The translations under genes and the position numbers were made by a program. Below are positions 29,785 to 40,611 of a stretch of DNA of 64,000 nucleotides, one piece after another. Source of the stretch: Synechococcus sp. (lineage in GTDB: Bacteria > Cyanobacteriota > Cyanobacteriia > Thermostichales > PCC-7336); assembly GCA_051439605.1 (NCBI GenBank), contig JBFRWN010000044.1:32001-96000 (forward strand), written 5' to 3'. The notes under the pieces are model-generated. The model had not been told where the DNA came from and searched no databases. It saw only the letters and a program-made list of their open reading frames with translations. Numbering within the stretch: the first letter of the stretch is position 1; each line of letters begins with the position of its first letter.

Positions 29785-31587
29785 TTAGTTTTGTCTTGCG
29801 GTCTGAAGCTCGTGCAGTCGTTGATAGAGACCGAAGTTGGATCTCATGAGTTCATCATGAGTACCGCTTTCCACAATTTCCCCTCCATCCATCACTACAA
29901 TCCGATCGGCCTCGCGAATGGTGGACAGACGGTGCGCAATCACAATTACCGTGCAGGTACCTAAAATATTACAAAGAGCCTCCTGAATCAAATGTTCTGA
30001 CTCGGAATCCAGATTTGAAGTGGCTTCATCCAGAATCAACAGGGCAGGTTGCATTAAGATTGCTCGCGCAATGCCCAACCGCTGACGCTGTCCACCCGAG
30101 AGTCTGACCCCTCGTTCTCCCACATTAGTGTGGTACCCATTTCTCAGAGTCACAATAAAATCATGAGCTCGGGCCATCTTGGCTGCTGCCACCGCTTGCT
30201 CTGGCGACACATCGGGGCAACCGTACAGTAAATTGTGCATTACCGAGCCGTTAAACACCTCAACATCCTGCGGGACAATGGCCAATCGAGAGCGGTAGTT
30301 TTGGATATTGAGCTGCTTTATGTCCCGTCCATCCCATAGAATCTGACCCTCGCTGGGGTCTACAAAGCGATAGAGCATCTTGGTCAAGGTAGACTTACCC
30401 GAACCAGATGGCCCCACAAGAGCAACGGTGGAGTAGGGTTCAATCTCTAGTGAAATATCCTTGAGGGTGTACGGTAAATCTTTGCGATAGCGAAACCAGA
30501 CGCCATCAAACTTCAGAGATGCGGGCAAGCGAGATGAGCCTTCCCCCTGTTCGTTATAGGCTTCTTGCAAAGGCAAATTCAAAAATTCATGCAACCAAGC
30601 AATAGAGCTAACGCTCGTGGTTAAAAGTTCTGTGGGTTCCTGTAGACGACTAATATCTGCCCGCACAATTTGGGCAATTGTAATTGCTGTAATTAGAGCT
30701 CCTACAGAAATTTCTTCAGTAATAGCAAGATACGCGCTTAATCCCACGATGGCACTGAGGGAGAGATTCAAAAACAGCCACATGACTGTTTCTGTTGCAA
30801 AAAGTCGAAGAAACGTCTTGCGTGCCATGAAACGCCCGTAACGTCCCAGCCATCGCTGCCCCCGCCGCAGTTCGCGAAACTCTTGAACAAATGATTTCAC
30901 TGTTTTGATGTTGAGCACAACTTCCGCTAAGCGGCTCATGCTGCGATCGAGAATGCGCTCGCTGACAGCAACATAGGGTTGCAGATAGGTAAATAAGCGG
31001 CAAATGATCGCCGTGCAAAACACGATCGAGAGAGTGAAAACCCACCCCAAGCGGAAGTCGATCGCAAAAAACATCACAATTGCGATGGTAAGGGTAGATA
31101 CGACCAGTACTCCGCTTTGCACGACACTGATATACAGCAACTGCAATTTAGAAATCGCTCGCTCCAAGCGAGACACCAACAGACCGCTATTGTGGGTTTC
31201 AAAATAGTTGAGGGGAAGGGAGAGAATTTTCTTGTAGGCCGCTTGATTCAGTTCTGTGACCATATGAAGGGCCACCAATCGCTTAGGTAAGTGGGAAGCC
31301 AAATCCTCAAACGGGGATATGAGATTTACGATAAAAAACAGCAGGCAAACAACGACAATCGCTAAATGCTGCTCTTGCCAATTACTGAGGATCGGTGCCA
31401 GTACTCTTACCCCAGGCATTAAATAGCTTGGGATAGGGGTCGATGATGTCAATAAATTTGCAAATAAGCCCAGTAGATAGGGTCGCATCAGGTTCAGAAA
31501 TGCGAAAACCAAACCGGCAAAGGAAATAACGACGGTTGGTAACCAGTAAGGATAAAAAAATGCTAATACACGCTGTATTGGTTTCAT
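29785..31587 (-). CDS. ABC exporter, fused permease and ATPase (MsbA/MdlB-like)
   Basis: N-terminal TM domain, then GPSGSGKST, VGERGVRLSGGQRQR, LILDEATS and IAHRLST. Confidence 0.95.
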   Translation of the reverse strand: MKPIQRVLAFFYPYWLPTVVISFAGLVFAFLNLMRPYLLGLFANLLTSSTPIPSYLMPGVRVLAPILSNWQEQHLAIVVVCLLFFIVNLISPFEDLASHLPKRLVALHMVTELNQAAYKKILSLPLNYFETHNSGLLVSRLERAISKLQLLYISVVQSGVLVVSTLTIAIVMFFAIDFRLGWVFTLSIVFCTAIICRLFTYLQPYVAVSERILDRSMSRLAEVVLNIKTVKSFVQEFRELRRGQRWLGRYGRFMARKTFLRLFATETVMWLFLNLSLSAIVGLSAYLAITEEISVGALITAITIAQIVRADISRLQEPTELLTTSVSSIAWLHEFLNLPLQEAYNEQGEGSSRLPASLKFDGVWFRYRKDLPYTLKDISLEIEPYSTVALVGPSGSGKSTLTKMLYRFVDPSEGQILWDGRDIKQLNIQNYRSRLAIVPQDVEVFNGSVMHNLLYGCPDVSPEQAVAAAKMARAHDFIVTLRNGYHTNVGERGVRLSGGQRQRLGIARAILMQPALLILDEATSNLDSESEHLIQEALCNILGTCTVIVIAHRLSTIREADRIVVMDGGEIVESGTHDELMRSNFGLYQRLHELQTARQN

Positions 31588-32180
31588 CCTACTGCTGTTT
31601 TAGAAACATCAAGCACCTATTCGCTCTTAGCGATTTTTTATCACACCTACAGTGTTCGCAAACAGAGGAATAGGACTTCAAACACAGGATTAGAGCAAAC
31701 GAACGCATTGAAATTGCGTTCGACAGCACTGACTCACTCGTCTTGCTGCTTATTTCAACCCTAGCTATTCGTGAAAATACGGGATAGCTTTACAAGCAAC
31801 AGATTAGGCAAGCCCTTACCTTACTCACCACCTACGAAAGGTACCCAAGACTGCCTTAAAGCAATCCATACTCATCGATTGGCGTCCCAGCGATTATAGA
31901 ATTTAGCCGCAATGTGTCAACACGTTCAGGACTTTCTAGGGGGACTGACTGATGAGGTTCTGAAGTCGATCTCTGGATAGGATTTCATTGGGGATGTGGC
32001 AGATGTAGCGCTGAAGGGACTCTTGATGCCGACGAGGGCTAAACCCTCGCTTATTGGTACTCTCGCTTTGACAGTAGGGACATTGCATGGGGGACAAACA
32101 TTACTCTCAGAGCGTTCTAGACCTTAAACCAATTTCTGTCCAGTGCCCTGCAGAACAAGTGTCTCTTCTACAACCTTCAT

Positions 32181-32846
32181 TTATCCTGTTGAAAGATGTC
32201 CCGCTTCTAGCTTCCATTGTCGATCCGCCACCTGCTCAAAATATTTTGGATCGTGGGTGACCACTAGAATTGTCCAGTTTTGTTTGAGCTTCACCAGTAA
32301 CTCCACCACCTGTCGACTCACCGACCAATCTAATCCTGCCGTGGGCTCATCCAACAGAAGTAAGGACGGGCTGCGAATCAGCTGCACAGCCAGCGCGAGC
32401 CGACGCTGCTGACCGCCACTCAGTTCTAGGGGCGATCGCTCTAGGGGAATATCCTGCAGCCCCACTTGTTCTAACGCTTGTTTGACGTCATCCAGCCGCA
32501 ATTCTGGATGGCCAAACTGCAATTCCTCGACCACCGAAAAGCCACAAAAATGTCGTTCGGGGAACTGGAATACTAAACCCGCCAGCTGGCGCAACTGCTG
32601 GGGTTTTAGAGGGGTGCCGCACCAACAAATGGTGCCCTCAGTCGGCCGGGCCAACCCCGCCATCAGCTCTAGCAACGTACTTTTACCCGCTCCACTGACC
32701 CCCACAATCACCCCCAGTTGCTTGGGGGCAAGTTGGAGGGACACGTTGCTCAAAATGGGATGGGCGGCAGCGGCAGGATGGTACGTGAGGTTATTAAGAG
32801 AAAACACAGATGCTTGAGATTGAATGAGCAATCGAACAGATTTCAC
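32181..32846 (-). CDS. Stand-alone ABC ATPase (ECF/CbiO-like); true start may be the GTG at 32807
   Basis: Motifs GVSGAGKST, VFQFPERHF, LSGGQQRR, LLDEPT and VTHD. Confidence 0.92.
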   Translation of the reverse strand: MKSVRLLIQSQASVFSLNNLTYHPAAAAHPILSNVSLQLAPKQLGVIVGVSGAGKSTLLELMAGLARPTEGTICWCGTPLKPQQLRQLAGLVFQFPERHFCGFSVVEELQFGHPELRLDDVKQALEQVGLQDIPLERSPLELSGGQQRRLALAVQLIRSPSLLLLDEPTAGLDWSVSRQVVELLVKLKQNWTILVVTHDPKYFEQVADRQWKLEAGHLSTG

Positions 32847-32847
32847 A

Positions 32848-34281
32848 TCATGAGGGAAGCAGTTTTAACCCCTGTTCTGAGAGCTTCTGCATGTCCTCCT
32901 GCGAGCCGCTCTCCACGTACAGTCTCAGCAAAGGTTCTGTTTCAGAAGCCCGCACCATCAACCAACGGGGGGACTCTTCTAAGTAGAATTTGACGCCGTT
33001 CAAGACATCACGGTGGGTTTCAAAATGGGACATTTCGCGGACCTTGTACCCAGCAATCTGATGAGGGGGATTCTGGGCCAATTGAGGAACAACCCCACTA
33101 CAATCCTGGTCGTAGCGCAAGTCCACTCGGTTATAGTGCACTTCCCCAAACTGCTGCCGCTTTTGGGCCACGTAATCAGATAGGCGATCGCAGCCGGATA
33201 GCGCCAACATCTCCAGAATCAGCAGGGCGGAAAATATCCCATCTCGCTCCGGAAGGTGAATGTTAAAGCCATAGCCCCCGCTTTCCTCAAATCCCATTGC
33301 TACACAACTTTCTAGCATCTTGCGGCAGATATAGGGAAAGCCCACTTGCACGTCATAAATCCGCCGATTTTCTCCAAAATAGGCACTAATTTTATCGGTT
33401 ACCGAAGAGGTTCTTACAATATCCCCCGTTACTCCACGGCCATTCACTAAACGATCCACCAGTAGAACGATGGTTTCCTGAGCGCTCAGCCAACTGCCAT
33501 CCTCCAGCATGACCCCAAGGCGATCGGCATCCCCATCAGTGGCCAACCCCAACGAGTAATCTCCCTGGCTTAGCTTTGTTTGCAACGGACCGAGATTTTT
33601 GGCAATTGGTTCTGGCGATCGCCCAGAGAAATCAGTGGTGGCCTTTTCATAGATGGTGGTAACGTCGCATCCGTATGGAACAAGCAGCTCCTCCAGTATG
33701 GTTTGCCCCGCTCCCCCCATGGAATCCACCAAGACCCGCAATGAAGAGTTTCCAATTGCCTCCAGATTAATAAGGGAGCGAATGTGGTCCAGATAGCCCT
33801 CCATCAAGTTCTGTGTGTGAATACCGACGTTGCTTTTCCGGACGGGGCTTTGCCCCAACCGCGATTCGATATCTTGGGTAGCTTCGAAGAAAAACGGGCC
33901 GCCATAGGCCCCTTTAAACTTAATACCGTTGTACTGGGGGGGATTGTGGCTGGCAGTGATCGCCACACCTGCGGTCAGTTGGAGTGATTTCACAGCGAAG
34001 GAAACCACGGGGGTGGGGGTGATGCGATCGGCAAGTACCACCCCGATGTTGTTCCCCGCCAACACTTGGGCGAATAACTGGGCAAACTCGCTGGAGTTGC
34101 GTCTGCCATCAAAGGCGATCGCCACTTGCGTCGAATCCGCCTTGCCTGCCTGCAAGGCTCGAGCGTTGATGGAATCGGCAAAGGCTTGGGCCACCTCCTC
34201 CACCATCTGGGGGGTCATTTGGCGATCCAGTAAACCGCGCCACCCGTCTGGGGCAAAGTCGATCGCAGTCGATAAAGCCAT
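32848..34281 (-). CDS. Phosphoglucomutase/phosphomannomutase family protein
   Basis: Motifs TASHNP, DGDADR, GFEESGG and RASETEP. Confidence 0.95.
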   Translation of the reverse strand: MALSTAIDFAPDGWRGLLDRQMTPQMVEEVAQAFADSINARALQAGKADSTQVAIAFDGRRNSSEFAQLFAQVLAGNNIGVVLADRITPTPVVSFAVKSLQLTAGVAITASHNPPQYNGIKFKGAYGGPFFFEATQDIESRLGQSPVRKSNVGIHTQNLMEGYLDHIRSLINLEAIGNSSLRVLVDSMGGAGQTILEELLVPYGCDVTTIYEKATTDFSGRSPEPIAKNLGPLQTKLSQGDYSLGLATDGDADRLGVMLEDGSWLSAQETIVLLVDRLVNGRGVTGDIVRTSSVTDKISAYFGENRRIYDVQVGFPYICRKMLESCVAMGFEESGGYGFNIHLPERDGIFSALLILEMLALSGCDRLSDYVAQKRQQFGEVHYNRVDLRYDQDCSGVVPQLAQNPPHQIAGYKVREMSHFETHRDVLNGVKFYLEESPRWLMVRASETEPLLRLYVESGSQEDMQKLSEQGLKLLPS

Positions 34282-34418
34282 ATTGTTCTTTGCTACGGCG
34301 ATCGCCGCCTCAATCCACCAATGGGTAATGGTAACGGGTTTTGGGGAGCGGGGACATACTCAGAGAGCTTTATAAGCAAAGCACGAGCATTACAAAACAG
34401 GGTGAGAGCAAACTGACA

Positions 34419-37400
34419 CTAGAAATCAGTGCTGAACTCAAACGAGGCTCGATCGTTACCGTCAAAATTCGTCCCGGTCCGAATCAAGACATTGTCGCTG
34501 ACACGGAAGCGAGTGCTAAGCCTTGGATTTTCATTGGGGTCGTTCAAGCTTTGTTGGACCGAGACAGATACTCCCGCACCGAGATCCTTTGCGGCTTCTA
34601 CCCCCACGCCCAAACTGCCAGAGTCCCCTGCAAACGGGGCCACGCGCAATTCATCCAATCCTAGTGCGTTGCCTAGCGCGTTTTGGGCACCAAACAGCAC
34701 TGTAGATAGGGCAAACCCGGCTAGATTCCCTCGCCCCAGCCCGTCGATCTGCGCTCCCCCCAACAACGCCACGATCTCGTCTGGGGATCGCGATGGGCTG
34801 CTGCTGAGCTGAATCAGGTTACTCCCCCCCGTTGCGGCATTGAGTTCGCTGGCCCGCCCCTGCACTAGCGCTTGAATTTGAACGGTTTGCTGCTCGGTGA
34901 GGTTGACTGTTTCGTTGCTACCGGAGGAGGTAAACGAACGGGTGGTGGTGACTCCCCGTCCACGAGTCTCTTGGACTTCTGTAAAGGCCGAGACGTTCAA
35001 GACTGGGTCGAATCCCCCCTGGCGATCGAACACAACGGTGTTATCGCGACCGCGATCGATACGCAAATTAGTCAACCCGAGGTTGAGCCGTCCCTGTTCG
35101 ATGCTGATGGTTCCCTCTGGCTGCAGCGCTGATAGAGTGCCGTACAGAGCGAGATCCCCACGGGTAACAATGGAAAACAACGGCGCTCGAGCCACTTGCA
35201 CGTTATCCGCCAATGTCAAAGTCAAACCGTTGAAGCGGGGTTGCCATTGTTGGTTGCGGCTATTGTCGTTGCTGGGAATGGAGATGGTGCCGTTCTGCAA
35301 CACCACGTTGCCGCTCAATTCCGGTAAGAGCATCGTCCCCTGTATCTCAACGGTCCCTGCCACCTCCCCCTTATACAGGTCGGGCAGCTCGAGGTTGAGA
35401 TCTCCCATTTTTACCACCAGCGGTGTTTCTCCTGTCCGCAGGAGACCCTCGCTGTTAACCGCCAGCCCTCCTGCCGCCGTCACCTGTCCATCCCCATAGG
35501 TACCGCTCAGTGCTTGCACGTTAAGGCGGTCGGAATTGAATGCGATCGCAGCGTTAAGTTGCTGGATGGGCTGCGGCAGAGCGCTCACTTCCAGCACCCC
35601 ATCGCTGATGTCGATCCCCCCCGATAGCGTGGGTGCCTGGAGCGTTCCCCCGAGTGAGATATCCAATACCCCCTGACCAGACCGCCAGGTGAATTCATCC
35701 GTGAATAGGTTCATCAGGGCCAATTGCTCGTCACGGGCAACTACTGCTAAAGAAATTGCCTCTGAAGGGGGCTGCACTGTCACAAACGGGAGCGGCAGAG
35801 GCAGAACTCCGGACAGAATAACCGGATTGGGGGCGTCTCCTTGTAAGTTGCCCTCCAACTGTAGGGTGGCTTGGTTATAGGTAAAAGTGCCGTTGGCCAC
35901 CTGAAGAGGGTTGTCATTGATGGTGATATTCGCCAGATCGAACTGACCGCTCGCCTCTGGACTGTCATGGGTGCCGCTAATTTCGGCGCTGGCGTTGAGG
36001 TCTCCGCTAAAGCTAGGGACATTGGGAACAAAATTCTCCAGCAGCTGAATGGGAAAGCGGTTGAGCAGTAGGAATCCTGTCTGGTCTTTTCGCCCGAAGG
36101 TGCCCGTGAGGCTACCCCGACGATCGCCAGAAGTAGCTTCAAACCTATCTAGCTGAAGGGTCTGCGATTGGTAGTGCCCTTTTGCCACAAGCCGATCGAG
36201 CTGGTAGGCTTGCTGCCCATCATTAGGCTTGGAGGGGGGCAATTGCCAATTTGCCCCGGTTAAATCGAAGTCAATTGCGGGTTGAGCAAGGGCTCCCGAT
36301 ATCTGAATTTTTCCGCCAAAGCTTCCACGCAGGTTAGCGATGTTGGGAATGCGTGGGTCCAGCTGTTGCTCGAATTGTTCGGCCTGTTGCCGCACCGCCA
36401 CACTGTAGGTTTCTAGGCGATCGAATAGCGATTGCTGTAGGAGGCTAATGGCAGGAACCTGCAATAGCGAGGCAGAGCCAAATTGAGGGGCTGGCAAACC
36501 TGCAGTCATATCCTGCCAATCCTGCCAGCGTACCGCCTGTAACAACCCTTCCACCGAGGCGTTGTCGGTGGCCACCTGCAGATCGAGGCGCAGGGGTTTA
36601 TCTGATGTGGATTGACGGCGTCCACCCCGTAGGGTCCGTTGGGGGGCGCTAGGCAGCCAGATCGTACCGTCCGCTCGGTACAAGCTATCCCTTAGCTGAA
36701 GTTCCCCGTTAGAAATGACCAGTTTGTCCCCCCCCAAGGCAAAGTCGCCCTGCAGGCGATCAACTTTAATTCCCTGCCAACTGGAGGAGGTGGTGGTTAA
36801 GCGACCCTGCGCAGTGTTTTCCGCCATGTTTAGGGTGAGGGTACTGTCGATGGTGCCGTTCCATACCCCCGGCACGATGCCATTCATCAGAGCCAGCGGA
36901 AATTGTGCCAAAGTGACGTCAAACCGTTCTCCATCCCGCTGACCTTCGGCAGACGTTTCCCCCTGACGTAGGGCAAAATCTTGCGGGATCCAGTCTCCAT
37001 CTAGGGAGATCGCCAGGCGATCGCCAACATCTGGATTATCAGACAGTACAACTGTTGGGTCGCGCAGATCGATCTCCACGCCCTCGCTGCCAGGTTTCCA
37101 CCGCAGCGGTCCCTGCAGCGAACTAAACTTCAGTCCTGCCGCCTGGAAATTGTCTAGCCCCAATTGCCCCACCAGCTCGAAAGAGGATGGTGTGCCCCTC
37201 AGACGTCCATCCAAATTCACTAAACCGCTAACTGGAAAGTTGGGAGGGAGTTGCGGCAGCTCGGCCAGAGGCAAACTGCGCACCGCAAGCTTCAGGTCCA
37301 CGTCCCCCACCTGTTTGGCAAGTGGGTCGAAGGGAATGCGACCATCGACTGCCACTGTATCTAAAGCAAGTCCCTCGCGGATGGTCAATCCACTCCCATC

Positions 37401-39341
37401 CCACTCCACTTGTGCCGCCATCGGACCGGGAAGAGAGGCCAAACCGGTCGGAAATTCTATGCGACCGCTGGCTTCTAAGCCAGCTAAGCTCACATCGCGG
37501 GTGGTGCCGTCAATTTGAATGTCCCCGTTTAAGCGCTTAACTTCGGCTGCCTCAGCATCACCAGTTGAATGGGGCTCGCCGGACAGCAAATCGGCAGAGA
37601 TTAAATCTGTGGCCAAGAAATTTACCGCCACTCCTTCGGGGATGATTCGAGCACTGAAAGCTCGCACGCCATCAGCGGCGGCAGGGGTCAGCACCGCCGA
37701 AAACAGGGCAGTGCCTCCGCCAAGAGCGATGTCCGCCTGTGGGATTGTAGATTGGTCCTCCCGCCAGTCAAATCGGCCCGTACCGGTAATTTCTCCCCCC
37801 TTTGCTTGCCAGTTAGCGATGATAACCGGTCGATCGCCCGCGATCGTCACTGCTCCCTGCGCATCAATAGTCCCCAAAGACTTGGGTAAGGGGTCAAATT
37901 CGTAGGCCGCCACGATTTGGCTGACGTCAGCATCCTTAAGGTCAAATTGAAACTCCGACCTGATGGAAGATTCTCTTAGGAAAACTTGGCCGCTGCCCGT
38001 TGCCCTACCGCCGTCGTTGGGTAAGCTGGCGGCCAGTTCGGTCAGTTCTAGTCGGTTTCCCTGTAACGCGAAGTTCCCCGAATACTTATCCACCTCAAGT
38101 CGGCTGACTGTAGCCACTTCAGTCTGTTGGAATTCCCCTTGTAAGAGGGGATTGGTGACCGGGCCCATTAGAGAGGCTTGTCCTTCTGCAACCCCGCTAA
38201 CTGGTACGGGTACGGTGAGTCCAAAGGTCTCCTCTAATTGAGCGACTTTTACGCCGGAGCTTTCACCAACAAGATTAAACTGGGCCTGCTTCAAGGCAGT
38301 CCAATTTTGTAGGTAGATCGGGTCCTCCCAATCAACCGTTCCCTCTACCGAGATCGGGATTTGTCCGTAGCGACCTTCGACCTTCTGCAAAATGGCGCTA
38401 TTTGGGGTAAGGGCAATCGGACCGCTGAAGTCTTCGAAGGGGCGTGGCACCGAATTAACTGCAAAGGTGACATTGTGGGCGATTGCCGTGCCTGCGAACT
38501 CTAAAGGACGATCGGGTTGCCAATGGACTTGCAGTTCGACATCGGCAGTTCCCTCTTGAGCTTGCACAATGTTTTGGAGCGGCAATAGATCCAACAAGGT
38601 GATGGGTAGCTCCGTGCCCGAGGCTTGTAGCTGTAAGCTGGGACCGCTACTGATAGAAGATTCAGGGGATACAGATATTGGCAAAGCTGTACTGCCTTCA
38701 ATCTGTAGTGGGGCACCACTGACGCGCAGTTTAGTTCTCCAGCTGACATCTTCTTCCTCTGACCCCAGTGGTAGAAGCAATCGTCCCTGCCAGCGCTCGA
38801 ACTGATGGGACTCCCCCTCGAGGGGGATCAGGTTGAGGTGGCCATTGGCAACTTCGAGGGTGACGGATGACAAGGGAGCCCCCATCCCCTCCATGCCGTC
38901 AAGATTCAAGTCAAGATTGGCCCACCCCCGCTCGGAGGATTGTTGAATCGTGACCTTGGGATGGTGCAGGCGCAGGGCGATCGCCAATTCCCGCTGCCAC
39001 AGCCAACGCCAAACATCCGCTCGAATATCGATGCCGCGAACAATGGCTAACTGCTCGATTTCGCTTTCACCCAGCGACACTTGCCAAGGCCAAACAAATT
39101 TAACGTCTCCTAAAGTGACCTGCCGTTGCAGGGTTGCTTCCAGTGTTGCTTCTACTTCCGGCAGTAGCTGCCTCTGCACGTAAGAGCGTCCCCCTACGCC
39201 GATCCCTACCACCGCCAGCCCAAGAATGAGGGTGGTCCCAGCCCCCACCTTCGTCAGCCGTCTCCAGCGCTGTTGCGAACGGGAGAGAGAATTTGAAACA
39301 AATCCTTCTGCATCCAGCTGACGATTATCCGGCACGGTCAT
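34419..39341 (-). CDS. tamB: Translocation and assembly module TamB family protein
   Basis: 1640 aa with an N-terminal TM anchor, a long beta-rich body and a C-terminal DUF490-like region (FDPVLN, LSSSPSRS..EIVALLGG, LGLDELR). Confidence 0.88.
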   Translation of the reverse strand: MTVPDNRQLDAEGFVSNSLSRSQQRWRRLTKVGAGTTLILGLAVVGIGVGGRSYVQRQLLPEVEATLEATLQRQVTLGDVKFVWPWQVSLGESEIEQLAIVRGIDIRADVWRWLWQRELAIALRLHHPKVTIQQSSERGWANLDLNLDGMEGMGAPLSSVTLEVANGHLNLIPLEGESHQFERWQGRLLLPLGSEEEDVSWRTKLRVSGAPLQIEGSTALPISVSPESSISSGPSLQLQASGTELPITLLDLLPLQNIVQAQEGTADVELQVHWQPDRPLEFAGTAIAHNVTFAVNSVPRPFEDFSGPIALTPNSAILQKVEGRYGQIPISVEGTVDWEDPIYLQNWTALKQAQFNLVGESSGVKVAQLEETFGLTVPVPVSGVAEGQASLMGPVTNPLLQGEFQQTEVATVSRLEVDKYSGNFALQGNRLELTELAASLPNDGGRATGSGQVFLRESSIRSEFQFDLKDADVSQIVAAYEFDPLPKSLGTIDAQGAVTIAGDRPVIIANWQAKGGEITGTGRFDWREDQSTIPQADIALGGGTALFSAVLTPAAADGVRAFSARIIPEGVAVNFLATDLISADLLSGEPHSTGDAEAAEVKRLNGDIQIDGTTRDVSLAGLEASGRIEFPTGLASLPGPMAAQVEWDGSGLTIREGLALDTVAVDGRIPFDPLAKQVGDVDLKLAVRSLPLAELPQLPPNFPVSGLVNLDGRLRGTPSSFELVGQLGLDNFQAAGLKFSSLQGPLRWKPGSEGVEIDLRDPTVVLSDNPDVGDRLAISLDGDWIPQDFALRQGETSAEGQRDGERFDVTLAQFPLALMNGIVPGVWNGTIDSTLTLNMAENTAQGRLTTTSSSWQGIKVDRLQGDFALGGDKLVISNGELQLRDSLYRADGTIWLPSAPQRTLRGGRRQSTSDKPLRLDLQVATDNASVEGLLQAVRWQDWQDMTAGLPAPQFGSASLLQVPAISLLQQSLFDRLETYSVAVRQQAEQFEQQLDPRIPNIANLRGSFGGKIQISGALAQPAIDFDLTGANWQLPPSKPNDGQQAYQLDRLVAKGHYQSQTLQLDRFEATSGDRRGSLTGTFGRKDQTGFLLLNRFPIQLLENFVPNVPSFSGDLNASAEISGTHDSPEASGQFDLANITINDNPLQVANGTFTYNQATLQLEGNLQGDAPNPVILSGVLPLPLPFVTVQPPSEAISLAVVARDEQLALMNLFTDEFTWRSGQGVLDISLGGTLQAPTLSGGIDISDGVLEVSALPQPIQQLNAAIAFNSDRLNVQALSGTYGDGQVTAAGGLAVNSEGLLRTGETPLVVKMGDLNLELPDLYKGEVAGTVEIQGTMLLPELSGNVVLQNGTISIPSNDNSRNQQWQPRFNGLTLTLADNVQVARAPLFSIVTRGDLALYGTLSALQPEGTISIEQGRLNLGLTNLRIDRGRDNTVVFDRQGGFDPVLNVSAFTEVQETRGRGVTTTRSFTSSGSNETVNLTEQQTVQIQALVQGRASELNAATGGSNLIQLSSSPSRSPDEIVALLGGAQIDGLGRGNLAGFALSTVLFGAQNALGNALGLDELRVAPFAGDSGSLGVGVEAAKDLGAGVSVSVQQSLNDPNENPRLSTRFRVSDNVLIRTGTNFDGNDRASFEFSTDF

Positions 39342-39725
39342 TTCCTACTACTTGCTGGTGCGAAGCATTCTTTCATCAAGCATGGATGGGCATTGATGGA
39401 AGAAGCATGAATATCTCAATTGTTCGTGCCATCCCGAACGTCTCGAGATGTCCTCTCTGCCCCCAATATTATCCAAAGCTTAAGAGGGGAGCCCCCTCTA
39501 TCCAACAAGAAAATGGGATCTACAGGGGGAGTGGAGGACGAGGATATGGTTTTACTCTAAGCATGCACAATTTAAGAACAAAGAGGCTTAGGTCTAAAAG
39601 AAACGAGCGCAACCCGCAAGATCGCTTCCCGATGTGTCCTACTGTTAATAGTCGTCAGAGCAATCCGTATTTATGCGGAACTAGCGTTATGCTCTAGACT
39701 AGATTTTCTAAAGTTCCGTACAAAC

Positions 39726-40370
39726 GTGCAGTACACCTTCCGCGCTTACCAAAAAACTAACGTGACCCTAGCGGGGTCGCTGGAGCAGGTGCAGACTTTC
39801 CTGAGCGATCCTCGCCATCTAGTAGAAGCGTTGCTGGACCTCGATCGCGTCCGTCAGGTGGGGGCAGGACGGTTTGCAGTGCGCATGTTTCCCATTCAGG
39901 CTCTCAACATGCAAATTTCCCCTGAGGTAGAGCTGAAGATCGTCACGGATGCCCGTTCCTGCGTGCATCTCAAAGCAGTGAATTGTCGCATCCGCGGCAA
40001 TGATTGGCTCGATCGCAATTTCAATCTGTTTTTCGAGGGGTATTTGTCTCCCTGCGCTAAAGACAGCGGCCTCCAAGACAACGCTATCGCCTACAAGGAA
40101 AGGCCTCTTGAGAAGGAACTTGCCGAAATAGCGCTGGTGGGAAATGCCAATTTAGAGGTGGGCATTGGTATGCCGCCATTAATGCAGCTCACCCCCAAGT
40201 CCATCGTGGATGGGATTGGCAACCCGATAACACGCGGGGTGTTGACGGCGATCGAACGATCGCTATGTCGCAAATTACCGCACAAGTTTAGGTCATGGCA
40301 GCAGGAGCAGACCCTAACGGCTGAAATGGCCGAGCTATCGAGCGGTCGGATTAAGCCAGTAGCTGGATAG
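39726..40370 (+). CDS. Conserved cyanobacterial protein (DUF1997-like)
   Basis: Motifs FL.DP..LV.AL, I.PEV.L and PP...LTP.S.....GN. The family call is from memory. Confidence 0.7.
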   Translation: MQYTFRAYQKTNVTLAGSLEQVQTFLSDPRHLVEALLDLDRVRQVGAGRFAVRMFPIQALNMQISPEVELKIVTDARSCVHLKAVNCRIRGNDWLDRNFNLFFEGYLSPCAKDSGLQDNAIAYKERPLEKELAEIALVGNANLEVGIGMPPLMQLTPKSIVDGIGNPITRGVLTAIERSLCRKLPHKFRSWQQEQTLTAEMAELSSGRIKPVAG

Positions 40371-40611
40371 CTTGCTGAGTCTGGTGGGTTACCGCCAAAG
40401 TTAAACAGAGCACCGAACTGCTAAGGAGGGCCGAACTATGAAGTGGAAGTGTGCAAGTTCACCTCGAATCATTCCGATGGGAAGAGCCCCCCTAATAATA
40501 TTTTGATGCCAATTGTTTGTGCGCTTTCTCTTGCCAGTGGAATAGCAACAATCTGCAGCTCACAGATTTAAATCTATAGTTATTCAGGCACATACTTTTT
40601 GCAGACCAAGA

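Noticed and set aside
31949..31965. CTGATGA, the hammerhead ribozyme core word
   Set aside because: No stem II, and the downstream word is GAAG rather than GAAA.
39293..39697. 134-aa ORF between tamB and the DUF1997-like gene
   Set aside because: It has a TTG start, overlaps the tamB start on the opposite strand, has no protein-like features, and occupies a divergent promoter region.
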